Assembly: GCA_965198005.1 (NCBI GenBank)
Contig: CBDAOI010000002.1
Location: 448,001-512,000 of the forward strand
Source of the DNA: Spirochaetia bacterium
GTDB taxonomy: Bacteria > Spirochaetota > Spirochaetia > SZUA-6 > Bin103
DNA: 64,000 nt
Direction of reading: 5' to 3'
Below the pieces are notes generated by a model that saw only the letters and a list, made by a program, of their open reading frames with translations, was not told the DNA's origin and did no database searches. The position numbers and the translations under genes were made by a program. Shown in pieces: positions 47,408 through 57,700 of this stretch. The stretch's first letter is position 1; the number at the start of each line of letters is the position of its first letter.

Positions 47408-49123
47408 ATGCGCATGATGACAGGTGGAGAGGTAGTCCATCAGACGCTGGTGCGCGCCGGCGTGGAGCATGTGTTCGGGATCGTCAGCGTGCACAACATC
47501 CCGATCTACGACGCCATCGACCGGGGCGGCCGGATCACGCCGGTCACCGTGCGCCACGAACAGGCCGCGGTGCACGCCGCCGACGGCTACGCCCGGACCA
47601 CCGGCCGGCTGGGAGTGGCGATTACCAGCACCGGTCCGGGGGCGGCCAACGGCGTCGCCGGCCTGTACGAAGCGGCGTTCGCGTCGTCGCCGGTGCTGAT
47701 GATCACCGGCCAGGCCAACACGCGCTACCTGGGCAAGGGGCGCGGGTTCGTGCACGAGGCCGAGAATCAGGCCGCCATGCTGGCGACGGTGACGCGGCGG
47801 GTGGAGAGCGTGCGCGTGCGCCACGGCATCGCCGCGGCCTTGACCGCCGTGATGGAAGACATCCTGACCGGCCGGCCGCAGCCGGGGTGTGTCGAGATCC
47901 CGATCGACCTGCAGTACGCGCCGGCCGCGGACGGGCCCCCGCCGCCCGGCCCGGCGGTGGTGACCCTCGAACCGGAGGCGGCGGCGATCGCTGAGGCGGC
48001 CGCACTGCTCGCCGGCGCCGAGCGGCCCCTGATTCTCAGCGGCGGCGGCGTGTTGCGCAGCGGCGGCGCCGGCCGCGCGGGCGGCGCCGCCCCGGAGCTG
48101 CAGGCCCTGGCGGAGCGGCTGCAGGCTCCGGTGCTGGTGAGCGTCAACGGCCGCGGCGGCCTGCCGGCCGAGCATCCGCTGTACGCGGGGGTGGCGGGAT
48201 ACCAGCCCGAGCTGCGGGCCCTGTGCACCGAGGCGGACGTGGTGCTGGCGGTCGGAACGCGCATGTCGGTAGGTCACGAAGCGCGCAACCTGACCCCGCT
48301 GCGCGGCAAGCTGATCCACGTCGACGCCGATCCCGGCTCGATCGCCCGCGTCCATCCCACGACGCTGGGAATCGTGGCGGACGCGGCGCCGGCGCTGGCC
48401 GCGCTGGCGGCGGCCTGTGCCGCCAGCGGGCCGCGCGCGCAGTGGATCGCCCAGGCCGCCGCGGCCCGGGAAGCGGTGCGCCAGCGGCTGTATGACATGA
48501 TCGGGCCCGACCACACGGCGATCATGCACGCGCTGCGCAACCAGGCGCCGCCGGACGCGGTGTTCGTGCGCGACAGCACGGTGCCCGCCTACCTCTGGGG
48601 CCATCAGCTGCTGCCGATTCTGCAGCCGCGCACCACCATGCACCCGACCGCCGGCGCCATCGGGCCCGGCCTGCCGCTGGCCCTCGGCGCGGCCACGGCC
48701 GGCCGCCGCACGGTGCTGATCTCGGGCGACGGCGGCTTCATGCTGCACCCGGGCGAGCTGGCCACCGCCGCGGAATTCCGGCTGCCGATCGTGATCTGCC
48801 TGTTCAACGACGGCGGCTACGGCGTGCTGCGCCGCATCCAGGCGCAGCAGTACGGCGGCCGGACCTTCGCGGTGGACCTCAAGACCCCCGACTTTGCCGC
48901 GCTCGCGCGCAGCATGGGGGTCGCCGGCCAGGCCGTGCGCAGCGCGGCGGAGTTCGCGGCCGCCTTCGCCGCCGCGCTGGAAACCGACGGCCCGGTGCTG
49001 TTGGAAATCGACATGAACGCGCTGCACCCGCTGGGGGACTATCCGCCGCGAGCCCGTCCGCTGAGCGGGCTGAGCGGGCTGAGCGGGCGGCCGCCAACGC
49101 GACCTGTGGAGGAGATGTCGTGA
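47408..49123 (+). CDS. thiamine-diphosphate-binding enzyme (acetolactate synthase-like)
   Basis: RHEQAA.HAADGYAR, GPGAAN, GDGG...NDGGYG. Confidence 0.9.
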   Translation: MRMMTGGEVVHQTLVRAGVEHVFGIVSVHNIPIYDAIDRGGRITPVTVRHEQAAVHAADGYARTTGRLGVAITSTGPGAANGVAGLYEAAFASSPVLMITGQANTRYLGKGRGFVHEAENQAAMLATVTRRVESVRVRHGIAAALTAVMEDILTGRPQPGCVEIPIDLQYAPAADGPPPPGPAVVTLEPEAAAIAEAAALLAGAERPLILSGGGVLRSGGAGRAGGAAPELQALAERLQAPVLVSVNGRGGLPAEHPLYAGVAGYQPELRALCTEADVVLAVGTRMSVGHEARNLTPLRGKLIHVDADPGSIARVHPTTLGIVADAAPALAALAAACAASGPRAQWIAQAAAAREAVRQRLYDMIGPDHTAIMHALRNQAPPDAVFVRDSTVPAYLWGHQLLPILQPRTTMHPTAGAIGPGLPLALGAATAGRRTVLISGDGGFMLHPGELATAAEFRLPIVICLFNDGGYGVLRRIQAQQYGGRTFAVDLKTPDFAALARSMGVAGQAVRSAAEFAAAFAAALETDGPVLLEIDMNALHPLGDYPPRARPLSGLSGLSGRPPTRPVEEMS

Positions 49124-49521
49124 GCGACGTGAAACGGGACCCGAAGACCCCGGCGCACGGCAGCGCCGGGGCGGCCGCCGGCACCGGGGCCGGCTCCGAG
49201 GCGGAGCGCCTGCCTGAGTTTCTCGACGGCGTGATCGAGAGCTACCCCGAGGTGTGGCGGGCGTACCAGCAGCTCGGCCGCGCCACCGCCGCCGCGGGCC
49301 CGTTGGATGCCCGCGCCCAGCGTCTGGTGAAGCTGGCGCTCGCGGTCGGCGCGCGCGCGCAAGGCGCGGTACACTCGCACACGCGGCGCGCGTTGCGCGC
49401 GGGCATCCCGGCGGCCGAGCTGCAGCAGGTGGCGCTGCTGGCAGTCTCGTCGATCGGCTGGTCGGCGGCGATGGCCGCGCTGTCCTGGATCCGCGACGTT
49501 ACCGAGGCCGCCGGGCCCTGA
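49120..49521 (+). CDS. carboxymuconolactone decarboxylase family protein
   Basis: GPLD..QRLVKLALAVG....GAVHSHTRRAL. Confidence 0.85.
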   Translation: MSDVKRDPKTPAHGSAGAAAGTGAGSEAERLPEFLDGVIESYPEVWRAYQQLGRATAAAGPLDARAQRLVKLALAVGARAQGAVHSHTRRALRAGIPAAELQQVALLAVSSIGWSAAMAALSWIRDVTEAAGP

Positions 49522-49618
49522 CCGTATCGTCCGCGGCGCCCGCGGCAGACCGGCGTGGGCCGCGGGCACCGCCGGCACGATCCGCGTATACTGCCGGCCC
49601 AAGGAGAGACGGACCAGC

Positions 49619-50722
49619 GTGAAAATCACCAACGTCAAGGTAGACCTGTGCAATTGGGCAACGGAGCCGTGGAAAACCGGGGTCGGCGCGCAGTTCGGCG
49701 GTACCGTGCAGCTCGGCGTGGTTACCGTGGAGACCGACGCCGGCATCAGCGGCAACGCCTTCCTGGGCAACTCCCACGTCGGCGCCGACCATTCGGTGGA
49801 GGGGCTGCGCCGGTTCATCAAGCCGCTGATCATGGGCCGCAACCCGCTCGATATCGGCAAGCTCTGGTGGCAGATGTGGAAGCTCAACCGCTCGGTGTCG
49901 ATCGGCGTGATCGGGGCGATCGACATCTGTCTGTGGGACATCAACGGCAAGGCGGCCGGCCAGCCGATCCACCGCCTGCTCGGTACCTGCAAGGACGCGG
50001 TCCCGGTGTACTCCAGCACCGCCTGGCACGAGACCCCGGAGCAGTACGTCGAGGAGGCGCTGCAGTTCCAGGAGATGGGGTGGAAGGCGCACAAGCTGCA
50101 CCCGCACGGCGAGCCGGAACCCGACGTCGAGATCTGCACCGCGGTGCGCGAGGCGGTCGGCGACGACCTGGTGCTGATGCTCGACTCGATGTGGGCCTAC
50201 CAGTACGCGGACGCGCTGCGCGTGGGACGCGCGATCGAGGAGCTGGGCTACTACTGGTATGAGGACCCGCTGGTGGAAGAGGACGTCTACAGCTACGTCA
50301 AGCTCAGCCGCAAGCTCGACATCCCGATCATGTCGACCGAGTACTCGCCGGGCCGATACTACAGCATGGCCAACTGGATCACCCAGTACGCCACCGACAT
50401 CCTGCGCGGCGACGTGGCGGTGACCGGCGGCATCACCCCGCTGGTGCGGCAGTGCCATCTGGCCGACGCCTTCAACATGCCGTGCGAGATCCACCACGGC
50501 GGCAACAGCCTGAACAACGTCGCCAACCTGCACGTGACGATGGCGGTTCCCAACTGCGAGTACTACGAGTTCTTCCCCTGCACCGGCGCCAACAAGTACG
50601 GCCTGGTCGAGGACCTCGAGGCGGACGCCAACGGCATGGTCTACGCCCCCACCGAACCGGGGCTCGGCTACCGGATAGATTGGGATCTGGTACAGCGGGA
50701 GCACACGGCCACGGTCGAATAA
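49619..50722 (+). CDS. mandelate racemase / muconate lactonizing enzyme family
   Basis: GAIDICLWDINGK, LMLD, WYEDP, STE, PGLG. Confidence 0.9.
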   Translation: MKITNVKVDLCNWATEPWKTGVGAQFGGTVQLGVVTVETDAGISGNAFLGNSHVGADHSVEGLRRFIKPLIMGRNPLDIGKLWWQMWKLNRSVSIGVIGAIDICLWDINGKAAGQPIHRLLGTCKDAVPVYSSTAWHETPEQYVEEALQFQEMGWKAHKLHPHGEPEPDVEICTAVREAVGDDLVLMLDSMWAYQYADALRVGRAIEELGYYWYEDPLVEEDVYSYVKLSRKLDIPIMSTEYSPGRYYSMANWITQYATDILRGDVAVTGGITPLVRQCHLADAFNMPCEIHHGGNSLNNVANLHVTMAVPNCEYYEFFPCTGANKYGLVEDLEADANGMVYAPTEPGLGYRIDWDLVQREHTATVE

Positions 50723-50754
50723 GTGCGCTGCGACGCGGCCGGGGAGCGTTGCCC

Positions 50755-51696
50755 CTACCCCACCCCCGGCTCGCTTCCCGGCCCCGCGGTGCGCAGCGCG
50801 GTGCGCAGCGACGCGATTACCGAGTTGATGTCGGTGAGGTCCATCGGCAGCACCACCTCGGTGCTGCTGCTCGACAGCTTGCGGAGTTGGTCGAGGTACG
50901 CCTCCGCGATCCGCAGGAGCGTCGCCTCTTCGCCGCCGGCGGCAGCGATCGCGCCGGCCACCCGGGTCAGCCCCGCGGCCGTGGCGCGGGCCAGCGCGAT
51001 GATCTCTTCCGCCCGCCCCTCGGCCTCGTTGATCTGCCGCTGCTTCTCGCCTTCGCTCCGATTGAACGCCTCTTCCATCTCGCCGATCGAGCGGTTGATG
51101 CGCGATTTCATCTCGCCTACGCTGCGCGCTACGACCGCGCGCTGGTCGCGCTCGGCCCGAATCTGGTACTGCATCGACTCCAGCACGCTGGCCGGCACGC
51201 TGATGTTCTGCACCTCGTACCGGGTCACCTTCACCCCCCAGGGCTCCGACGCTTGGTCCAGACTCTTCACGATCTGACCGTTGATCCGTTCCCGTTCCTC
51301 GAACGTACGGTCCAGATCCATCTGCCCGATCACCGAGCGCATCGTGGTCTGCGCCAGTTGAATGGTGGCGAACTCGTAGTCGCGGATTCCGTAACTGGCC
51401 GCCTTGGGCTCCACCACGCGGTAGTAGAGCACACCGTCCACCTCGATCTTGACGTTGTCGCGGGTAATGCAGGGCTGTGACGGGACCGCGATCGCCTGCT
51501 CCTTCAGACTGTGGCGGTAGCGCACCTTGTCGATGAACGGCACGAGCAGGTGAAACCCGGCGCCGAGGGTCTTCGAGTAGCGGCCGAGCCGCTCCACCAC
51601 CAGCGCCGAGCGCGTCGGCACGATGCGCACACTGCGCACCACCGCCCATAGCACCACCAGCGCGAACAGGCCGAAAATGATCCACAAGCCGATCAT
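50755..51696 (-). CDS. SPFH/stomatin-like protein (paraslipin)
   Basis: VVERLG, ITRDNV, LAQTTMRS.IG, WGVKVTRYE. Confidence 0.9.
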   Translation of the reverse strand: MIGLWIIFGLFALVVLWAVVRSVRIVPTRSALVVERLGRYSKTLGAGFHLLVPFIDKVRYRHSLKEQAIAVPSQPCITRDNVKIEVDGVLYYRVVEPKAASYGIRDYEFATIQLAQTTMRSVIGQMDLDRTFEERERINGQIVKSLDQASEPWGVKVTRYEVQNISVPASVLESMQYQIRAERDQRAVVARSVGEMKSRINRSIGEMEEAFNRSEGEKQRQINEAEGRAEEIIALARATAAGLTRVAGAIAAAGGEEATLLRIAEAYLDQLRKLSSSSTEVVLPMDLTDINSVIASLRTALRTAGPGSEPGVG

Positions 51697-52646
51697 TCGT
51701 TCTCCCCCTTCACCGACGAGGCACGGTCCGGCGTTGCCCCGGACGGAAGCACACTCTGCACCAGCGCCCTGATGCGAGCCACGTCGACCGGCATCACCGA
51801 GGTCCGAGCGTTATCGAGAATCTTCCCGAACTGGACCACGAACTGCTCCGCGATACGCATCGCCATCGCCTCGCGCCCCTTGGGAAGCTGGATGGCGGCA
51901 GCGATCTCGCGGATGCCGTCCGCGGTTGCCGCGGCGGTGGACTCGATTGCGCGGGCGCGTCCTTGCGCCTCGTTGATCCGGCGCTGCCGTTCGCCCTTGC
52001 TGAGGTTGATCGCCTCTTCCCGCTCGCCCTTGGAGCTGTTGATGCGCGCCGACTTCTCCCCTTCGCTCTCCAGAATCCGGGCGCGCTTCTCGCGCTCCGC
52101 GCGCATCTGCTGCTCCATCGCCTCGAGCACTGTCGCCGGCGGCGAGATGTCGCGAATCTCGTACCGGGTCACCTTGATCCCCCACGGGTCGGAGGCCTCG
52201 TCAACGCTGCGCACGATCGCATCGTTGAGCGCGTCGCGCTCCGAAAAGCTGCGGTCGAGATTGATCTTGCCGATCTCGGAACGCATCGTGGTCTGCGCCA
52301 ACTGGATCGTCGCGAAGCGATAGTCGTCAATGCCGTAGCTGGCCTTTTGCGGGTCCACCACCTTCAGGTACAGCACGCCGTCCACCTCGACCTGGACGTT
52401 GTCCTGCGTGATGCACACCTGCGGCGGGACGTCGATTACCTCTTCCTTGAGGTTCTGGCGATACGCCACCCGCTCGACGAACGGCACCACCAGGTGAAAG
52501 CCGGCGCCCAGCGCACGCGAAAACTTCCCCAGCCGCTCCACGATCCGGCTCTCCTGCTCCGGAACGATGTTGACCAGGCGGGAAAACACCCACACCGCCA
52601 GCGCGGCAGCCGCCAGCAGCAGCACCACATTCAGATCAAGTTCCAC
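51693..52646 (-). CDS. SPFH/stomatin-like protein (paraslipin)
   Basis: same motifs; start GTG after GGAGGG. Confidence 0.9.
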   Translation of the reverse strand: MELDLNVVLLLAAAALAVWVFSRLVNIVPEQESRIVERLGKFSRALGAGFHLVVPFVERVAYRQNLKEEVIDVPPQVCITQDNVQVEVDGVLYLKVVDPQKASYGIDDYRFATIQLAQTTMRSEIGKINLDRSFSERDALNDAIVRSVDEASDPWGIKVTRYEIRDISPPATVLEAMEQQMRAEREKRARILESEGEKSARINSSKGEREEAINLSKGERQRRINEAQGRARAIESTAAATADGIREIAAAIQLPKGREAMAMRIAEQFVVQFGKILDNARTSVMPVDVARIRALVQSVLPSGATPDRASSVKGENE

Positions 52647-52659
52647 GACACCCTCCGTA

Positions 52660-53151
52660 TCAGCGCAGCTCCGCGCGCGTGTCATCCAGCATGTCCTCGC
52701 TGAATGCCGCGGTTACGACCAAAGTGAGATTGTCCTGCGTGACGATCTGGACCTCGGCGCCGGCCGGAAAGGTGCCGGCGTAGCTCACCGCGGCCCAGGT
52801 CGTCCCCTGGAAACGGACGCGGCCGGGACGCCCGGGCCTGATTTCCTCCAGTACCGCCGCCGGCCGGCCGGCAATGTCGTCGTCGGGCGCCGGCCGGCGC
52901 ACGCTGCCGCGGAACACACCGCGCAGCCAATGGCGCAGCGAGAACAGCGTGCCGGTCGAAGCGGCGAGCCAGATCAGTATCTGCCACGGGAGGCTCTCGC
53001 GCAGGCCGGGAACGAGTGCGGTCAGCGCGGCCGTGAGCAACCCCCCGGCGCCGAAAAAGATGATGACGAAGCCGGGAGTGAGCAGCTCTGCGGCGAACAG
53101 CACCAGCCCCAGCGCCGCCCACAGATACGGGAGCAGCTCAGGCATGGTCAC
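52660..53151 (-). CDS. nfeD: NfeD-family protein
   Basis: TM helices then OB-fold tail GRVRFQGTTWAA; adjacent to SPFH genes. Confidence 0.85.
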   Translation of the reverse strand: MTMPELLPYLWAALGLVLFAAELLTPGFVIIFFGAGGLLTAALTALVPGLRESLPWQILIWLAASTGTLFSLRHWLRGVFRGSVRRPAPDDDIAGRPAAVLEEIRPGRPGRVRFQGTTWAAVSYAGTFPAGAEVQIVTQDNLTLVVTAAFSEDMLDDTRAELR

Positions 53152-53561
53152 TCGGTCCAGACCCGCACGCGGTGGCCGGCGCCGTCGTCGTCGATCTCCA
53201 GTACCGTGCCGGCCTCCCCGCGTTCGAGCGCCTCCTGAATCCGGTCGAGATCGAGGTCCAGGTCAAGATCAAGGTCGAGGTCGAGCTGACCGAACCTGGC
53301 CAACTCGGCCGGCGGGAGGATCCGGGCCAGCGCGCGCGCCACGCTCAGCGGCAGCGACAGGTCGACGCGGGTCGCTCCGGTGGCGCGGTCGGTGACCCGC
53401 ACGCACAGCCTGTCGGCGCGGGCGCGGGCCGCGGCGCGCGCTGCCGGCGCGTCCCGGCCGCGGGCCACCGCCTCCAGCAACCGAACCGCTTCGCCGGCGT
53501 TGATCTTCCCCTCGGCCAGCAGCGAGAGGATCTGCTGGCGCTCTTCGGCGCTCACGGGCAT
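53148..53561 (-). CDS. SHOCT-like domain protein
   Basis: EERQQILSLLAEGKINAGEA.RLL; internal DL repeat. Confidence 0.7.
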   Translation of the reverse strand: MPVSAEERQQILSLLAEGKINAGEAVRLLEAVARGRDAPAARAAARARADRLCVRVTDRATGATRVDLSLPLSVARALARILPPAELARFGQLDLDLDLDLDLDLDRIQEALERGEAGTVLEIDDDGAGHRVRVWTE

Positions 53562-54727
53562 TCCAGCTCGGCGAGCGTCGTGGCGGTGGTGGTGAGCACG
53601 CGGCTGCCTCCTTCCTCGACTACCACCGTATCCTCGATCCGCACACCGCCGAAACCGGGAATGTAGACGCCGGGCTCGACCGTCGCCACGTCCCCCGGGG
53701 CCAACGTCTCCTCGCTGCCCACGCGCAGGCTCGGCGCTTCGTGAATCGCCAGCCCCAGCCCGTGGCCGAGGCTGTGCGTCGGGTACTCGCCGTAGCCGGC
53801 GGCGGCCACCGCCTCCTGCGCCGCCTCCGCCACCGCGGCGCAGCCCGCACCCGGCCGCAGCGCCTCCACCGCCCCGCTCTGGGTTTCCAGCACCGCGTGG
53901 TACAGCGCGCGCTGGGCGGTGGAGGCCGGTCCCAGAACCAGCGTGCGGGTGGCGTCCGCGCAGTAGCCGGCAACGCGCGCGCCGAAGTCGAAGATTACCA
54001 GATCGCCGCGCTCCAGGACGCGGTCGGACGGCAGCGCGTGCGGCAGGGCGGAATTGGGCCCGGAGGCGACGATCGGCGGAAACGCCATGCCGTCGGCGCC
54101 GGCCCGATACAGCAGCTCCTCCAGCACGCGCGCCAGCTCCCGCTCGCGCCGGCCCGGACGCACCTGCGGCAGGAGCCGCGCGAACGCGGCGTCACCGACG
54201 GCGCAGGCACGCGCCATCGCGGCCACCTCGACGGCGTCCTTGCGGCGGCGCAGGGCGGCCACGGCGCCGGCCAGCGGCCGCAACTCCACCTCGGGCAGGC
54301 CGCTCCGCAGCCCCTCCAGCAGCGCCACGGTGAGCCCCGCCGGCTCGAACGCCAGCGTGCGCACGCCGGCCTCCTGCAGCGCCGGCGCCAGCTCGGCGGT
54401 GACCGGCCGCTCATGCCGCCGGATGCACCAGTCCGGGCACTCGCGCGCCGCCTGTTCGAGGTAGCGGGCATCGGTCAGCAGCAGGCACCGGTCGGCGGTC
54501 AGGACCGCGAATGCCGAGGTACCGGTAAACCCGGTGAGGTAGCGCAGGTCGTAGTCCTCCACCACCTCCTGGCGCACCAGCAACAGCCCGTCCGCCGCCG
54601 GACCGGTGGCCGGCGGCGCGGGCCGCGCGGCACGGAGCGCGGCGCGGGCCGCGGCCACCCGGCGCGCGCGGTCCGCGCACGCCGGTGCGGCGGTGGCGCC
54701 GGCGCCGGGAGCCAGGGGTGAATGCAT
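53552..54727 (-). CDS. Xaa-Pro aminopeptidase (M24)
   Basis: YLTGFTG, PH, DFGA..GYCAD, HSLGHGLGL.IHE, EPGVY, GVRIED. Confidence 0.9.
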   Translation of the reverse strand: MHSPLAPGAGATAAPACADRARRVAAARAALRAARPAPPATGPAADGLLLVRQEVVEDYDLRYLTGFTGTSAFAVLTADRCLLLTDARYLEQAARECPDWCIRRHERPVTAELAPALQEAGVRTLAFEPAGLTVALLEGLRSGLPEVELRPLAGAVAALRRRKDAVEVAAMARACAVGDAAFARLLPQVRPGRRERELARVLEELLYRAGADGMAFPPIVASGPNSALPHALPSDRVLERGDLVIFDFGARVAGYCADATRTLVLGPASTAQRALYHAVLETQSGAVEALRPGAGCAAVAEAAQEAVAAAGYGEYPTHSLGHGLGLAIHEAPSLRVGSEETLAPGDVATVEPGVYIPGFGGVRIEDTVVVEEGGSRVLTTTATTLAELECP

Positions 54728-54900
54728 GCCCCATCATGCCACAGTCGGGTCTGCCGTGTGTTCGCAAAAATGGTGCCGCAGCCGGTCGACGGCGTGGGTC
54801 AGCGGGATGCGTTGGAAATCGCTCTCCGCCACGCATGGGCGCGTATGGCGCGTGTGGTCACCGGCTTCCCGTACGGTCGCCGCCGTCCGATAATGGCGGC

Positions 54901-56070
54901 GTGGCGCCGCGCCGAGGCCCCCTGCTGCTGTCCCTGTACGTACCCGAGCTGCTGCACTCCATCGGCTGGGGCCTGACCCTGCCGGTGCTGCCGCGGCTGG
55001 CCACCGAGCTGACCGGCGACGCCGCCACCGCGGCGGTGGTGGTGGCGCTGACCGCCGCCGGCACGCTGCTGTTCGACATCCCCGCCGGCCGGATCGACGC
55101 CCGCTGGTCGCGCCGCACGCTGCTGGGCGCGGCGCTGGGCGTCTACGTCGCGGCGGCGCTGCTCGCCGGCGTCAGCGGCGGCGTGCAGCTGCTGGGGGCC
55201 GCTGCGCTCCTGCTGGGCGCCTGCCGCGGCGCCTGGGTGGTGTCGCGCATGACCTACGCCCGCGAGGTGGTGGCCCCGCGCCAGCGCGGCCGCGCCTTGG
55301 CCGCCCTGGGAGGCGTGTACCGGATCGGCACGTTCGCCGTCGGCCCGGCGCTCGGCGGATGGCTGGCGTTTACCTTCGGGCTGCGCACACCGTTCATCGC
55401 CTTTGCCGGTCTGCTGCTCCTGGCGCTGGTGACGGTGCTGGCGTGGACCCCGGATCGGCCCGGCTCCCGGCGGAGCTGGTATCATCCGCTGGCGATTCTG
55501 CGCGACCACGGCGCGGTGCTGCTGCGTGCGTCGTCCGCGGTCATCGCCCTGAACATGATTCGCGCCGGGCGCCAGTTGCTGATCCCGCTCTGGGGCGAGG
55601 CGATCGGGCTGTCGGTGTGGGAAGTGGGAGTGGTGATGAGCGTGTCCGGGATCGTGGACATGACCCTGTTCTACCCCTCCGGGGTGATCATGGACCGCCT
55701 CGGACGGCGCTGGGCCGCGGCGGCGTCGATCCTGGTGATGTCGGCCAGCCTGGCCCTGATGCCGCTCACTGGCGGCCTGGTCACGCTGTTGCTGGTGAGC
55801 GTCCTGGCGGGCGCCGGCAACGGCCTGGGCAGCGGCCTGCTGATGACCATGGGCACCGATCTCGCCCCGCAACGCGGGCCGGGCGAGTTCATCGGCCTGT
55901 GGCGGCTGATCGGCGACCTGGGCAGCATGGCGGGCCCGGCGGCGATCGGCACCGTAACCGGCATGCTCACCCTGGCCATGGCGGGCCCGGCGGTAGCGCT
56001 GTTCGGCCTGGCCGGCACCGCCCTGTTCATCTTCACGGTCAAGGAGACCCGCGCCCCGCCACCGCCCTGA
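54901..56070 (+). CDS. MFS transporter
   Basis: multiple TM segments, G..MDRLGRR, RGRA motifs. Confidence 0.88.
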   Translation: MAPRRGPLLLSLYVPELLHSIGWGLTLPVLPRLATELTGDAATAAVVVALTAAGTLLFDIPAGRIDARWSRRTLLGAALGVYVAAALLAGVSGGVQLLGAAALLLGACRGAWVVSRMTYAREVVAPRQRGRALAALGGVYRIGTFAVGPALGGWLAFTFGLRTPFIAFAGLLLLALVTVLAWTPDRPGSRRSWYHPLAILRDHGAVLLRASSAVIALNMIRAGRQLLIPLWGEAIGLSVWEVGVVMSVSGIVDMTLFYPSGVIMDRLGRRWAAAASILVMSASLALMPLTGGLVTLLLVSVLAGAGNGLGSGLLMTMGTDLAPQRGPGEFIGLWRLIGDLGSMAGPAAIGTVTGMLTLAMAGPAVALFGLAGTALFIFTVKETRAPPPP

Positions 56071-56195
56071 CCACTCCCCTACTCAGCGGCACCATCTCAG
56101 ACCACGATGGGCGTATATACTATGACTGTCAGTCAACTTTGCCGATACGGCTCACAACGCGCCCATCGGCCAGGAGGATTGGCGGAGGAGACGAT

Positions 56196-56408
56196 ATGGC
56201 ACAGGCAGAAACAGACCGGCGCTCGCCCTTGGACCGCGAGCGGGCACACGCCGACATGCTTACCGCAGCCGTAGCCCGTCCGGGCGTTCGTGAGGCTATG
56301 GAGGTCTTTCAGGACTGGCAGAAAAAAGATCAGGCACTTGACGCTTATCGTGCGGCAACAAAACAGGCTGACCAGATCACCACGTCAAACCATGCAAACA
56401 TTCTGTAA
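56196..56408 (+). CDS. hypothetical protein (70 aa)
   Basis: GGAGGAG RBS, lower-GC island. Confidence 0.5.
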   Translation: MAQAETDRRSPLDRERAHADMLTAAVARPGVREAMEVFQDWQKKDQALDAYRAATKQADQITTSNHANIL

Positions 56409-56409
56409 T

Positions 56410-56896
56410 TCGGCAGACCCAGGCGGCCACGATGATTGCATGCGCCGCCGACGAAATCGTGCTCGGCAAGCATTCCTTTCTCAGCCCTACCGACCCGCAA
56501 ATACCTGATCTATTGGTACAAAGCGAAACCGCACTTGATATGTCGAGAGAACTGGTAAAGATGTGGCTGGAAACCTACATGTTCAAGGGAATGAATGACC
56601 GAGATAAAAGAGCAAGATCTGTTTCAAAATGGCTTTCCAATCACAAGAACTTCAAGAGCCATAGCAGACATGTATCACGTACTGACCTGGAAGCTCACCA
56701 AATGTCTATATTCAGGCTCGAAAATGATGTTAACTTACAGGACTTCAGCCTCTCGGTCTTTCACGCGACAACCCATACGTTTACGGGTACTCCGGCAGTG
56801 AAGATTGTAGAGAACCATACCGGTCGCGCTTTTATCAAGCAGCACATCCAGGTCGGGATCGGGTCAGAGAAACCCCAAAGATCCGGTCGACCTTAG
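56410..56896 (+). pseudogene. SDH-family Clp-fold serine protease remnant
   Basis: TMIACAADEIVLG.HS.L.P.DPQ and HSRH; N-terminus and centre missing; AT-rich. Confidence 0.6.
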
Positions 56897-57001
56897 AGGA
56901 TCCGCCTAATGTACCAGGGCTCATAATGGGCGAGAACGGTGTGGCGCCGGGTGAGCTTCGGCAAACAGAGATACGTGGCTGACCGGGAACGACACAAAAA
57001 C

Positions 57002-57042
57002 AGACAAATGTCTTGACGGTGCCGGGCGGGTGGTGGTAGACT
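57002..57042 (+). promoter_or_regulatory. lexA promoter with candidate operator
   Basis: palindrome AGACAaaTGTCT (57002-57013) abutting TTGACG-18-TAGACT; ATG 7 nt after the -10. Confidence 0.6.
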
Positions 57043-57049
57043 GGGTGGC

Positions 57050-57700
57050 ATGGCCGGCACGCCACGCTCCCACGACCGCAAGCGGCACATCTTCCTGTTC
57101 GTGCGCGACCGGATCCTGTCCGGGGCGCCGCCCACCACCCGCGAGGTGCAGCAGCAGTTCGGCTTCCGTGCCGTGCAGTCGGCGCGCGCCTACCTGGAGG
57201 CGCTGGTGCGCGACGGGTTGCTGGACAAGGAGCCGGGCAAGGCGCGCGGCTATCGGCTGCCGGCGCGGAGCGGCCGCCCGACCCTCCTGATTCCCCTGCT
57301 CGGCCGCGTGCAGGCGGGCGACCTCACCACCGCCGCCGAAGATCCGGAAGGGTTCGTGGCGGTGCAGTCCACCCGCGCGCGGGCGGAGCTGTTCGCCCTG
57401 CGGGTGCGCGGCGAGAGCATGCGCGAGGCCGCCATTCTGCCGGGCGACATCGTGATCGTGCACCGCCAACCCAGCGCGCTGTCGGGAGAAATCGTCGTCG
57501 CCCTGGTGGACGACGAGGCCACGGTCAAGCGGCTCAAGCTGCGCGGCGAGCGGATCGAGCTGCATCCCGCCAATCCCGCCTTCGCCCCCATCGTGCCCGA
57601 TCCCGCGCAGGTCCGGATCCTGGGCAAGGTGATCGAGGTGCGCCGCTACCTGGAAGGCGCCGCCGGCGCCGACGCGGCGCCCGTCCCACTGTACCCATGA
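57050..57700 (+). CDS. lexA: LexA repressor
   Basis: PPT.RE wHTH, Ala-Gly cleavage site (VQAG), GESM Ser, TVKR Lys. Confidence 0.93.
   Translation: MAGTPRSHDRKRHIFLFVRDRILSGAPPTTREVQQQFGFRAVQSARAYLEALVRDGLLDKEPGKARGYRLPARSGRPTLLIPLLGRVQAGDLTTAAEDPEGFVAVQSTRARAELFALRVRGESMREAAILPGDIVIVHRQPSALSGEIVVALVDDEATVKRLKLRGERIELHPANPAFAPIVPDPAQVRILGKVIEVRRYLEGAAGADAAPVPLYP

Noticed and set aside
46607-49123. 838-aa, 793-aa (60026-62407) and 271-aa (62807-63622) apparent fusion ORFs
   Set aside because: Upstream parts overlap other real genes; the true products start at 47408, 61001 and 63181
53245-53288. DLDLDL repeat as a phase-variable site
   Set aside because: Codons are degenerate and the 6-bp unit cannot shift frame
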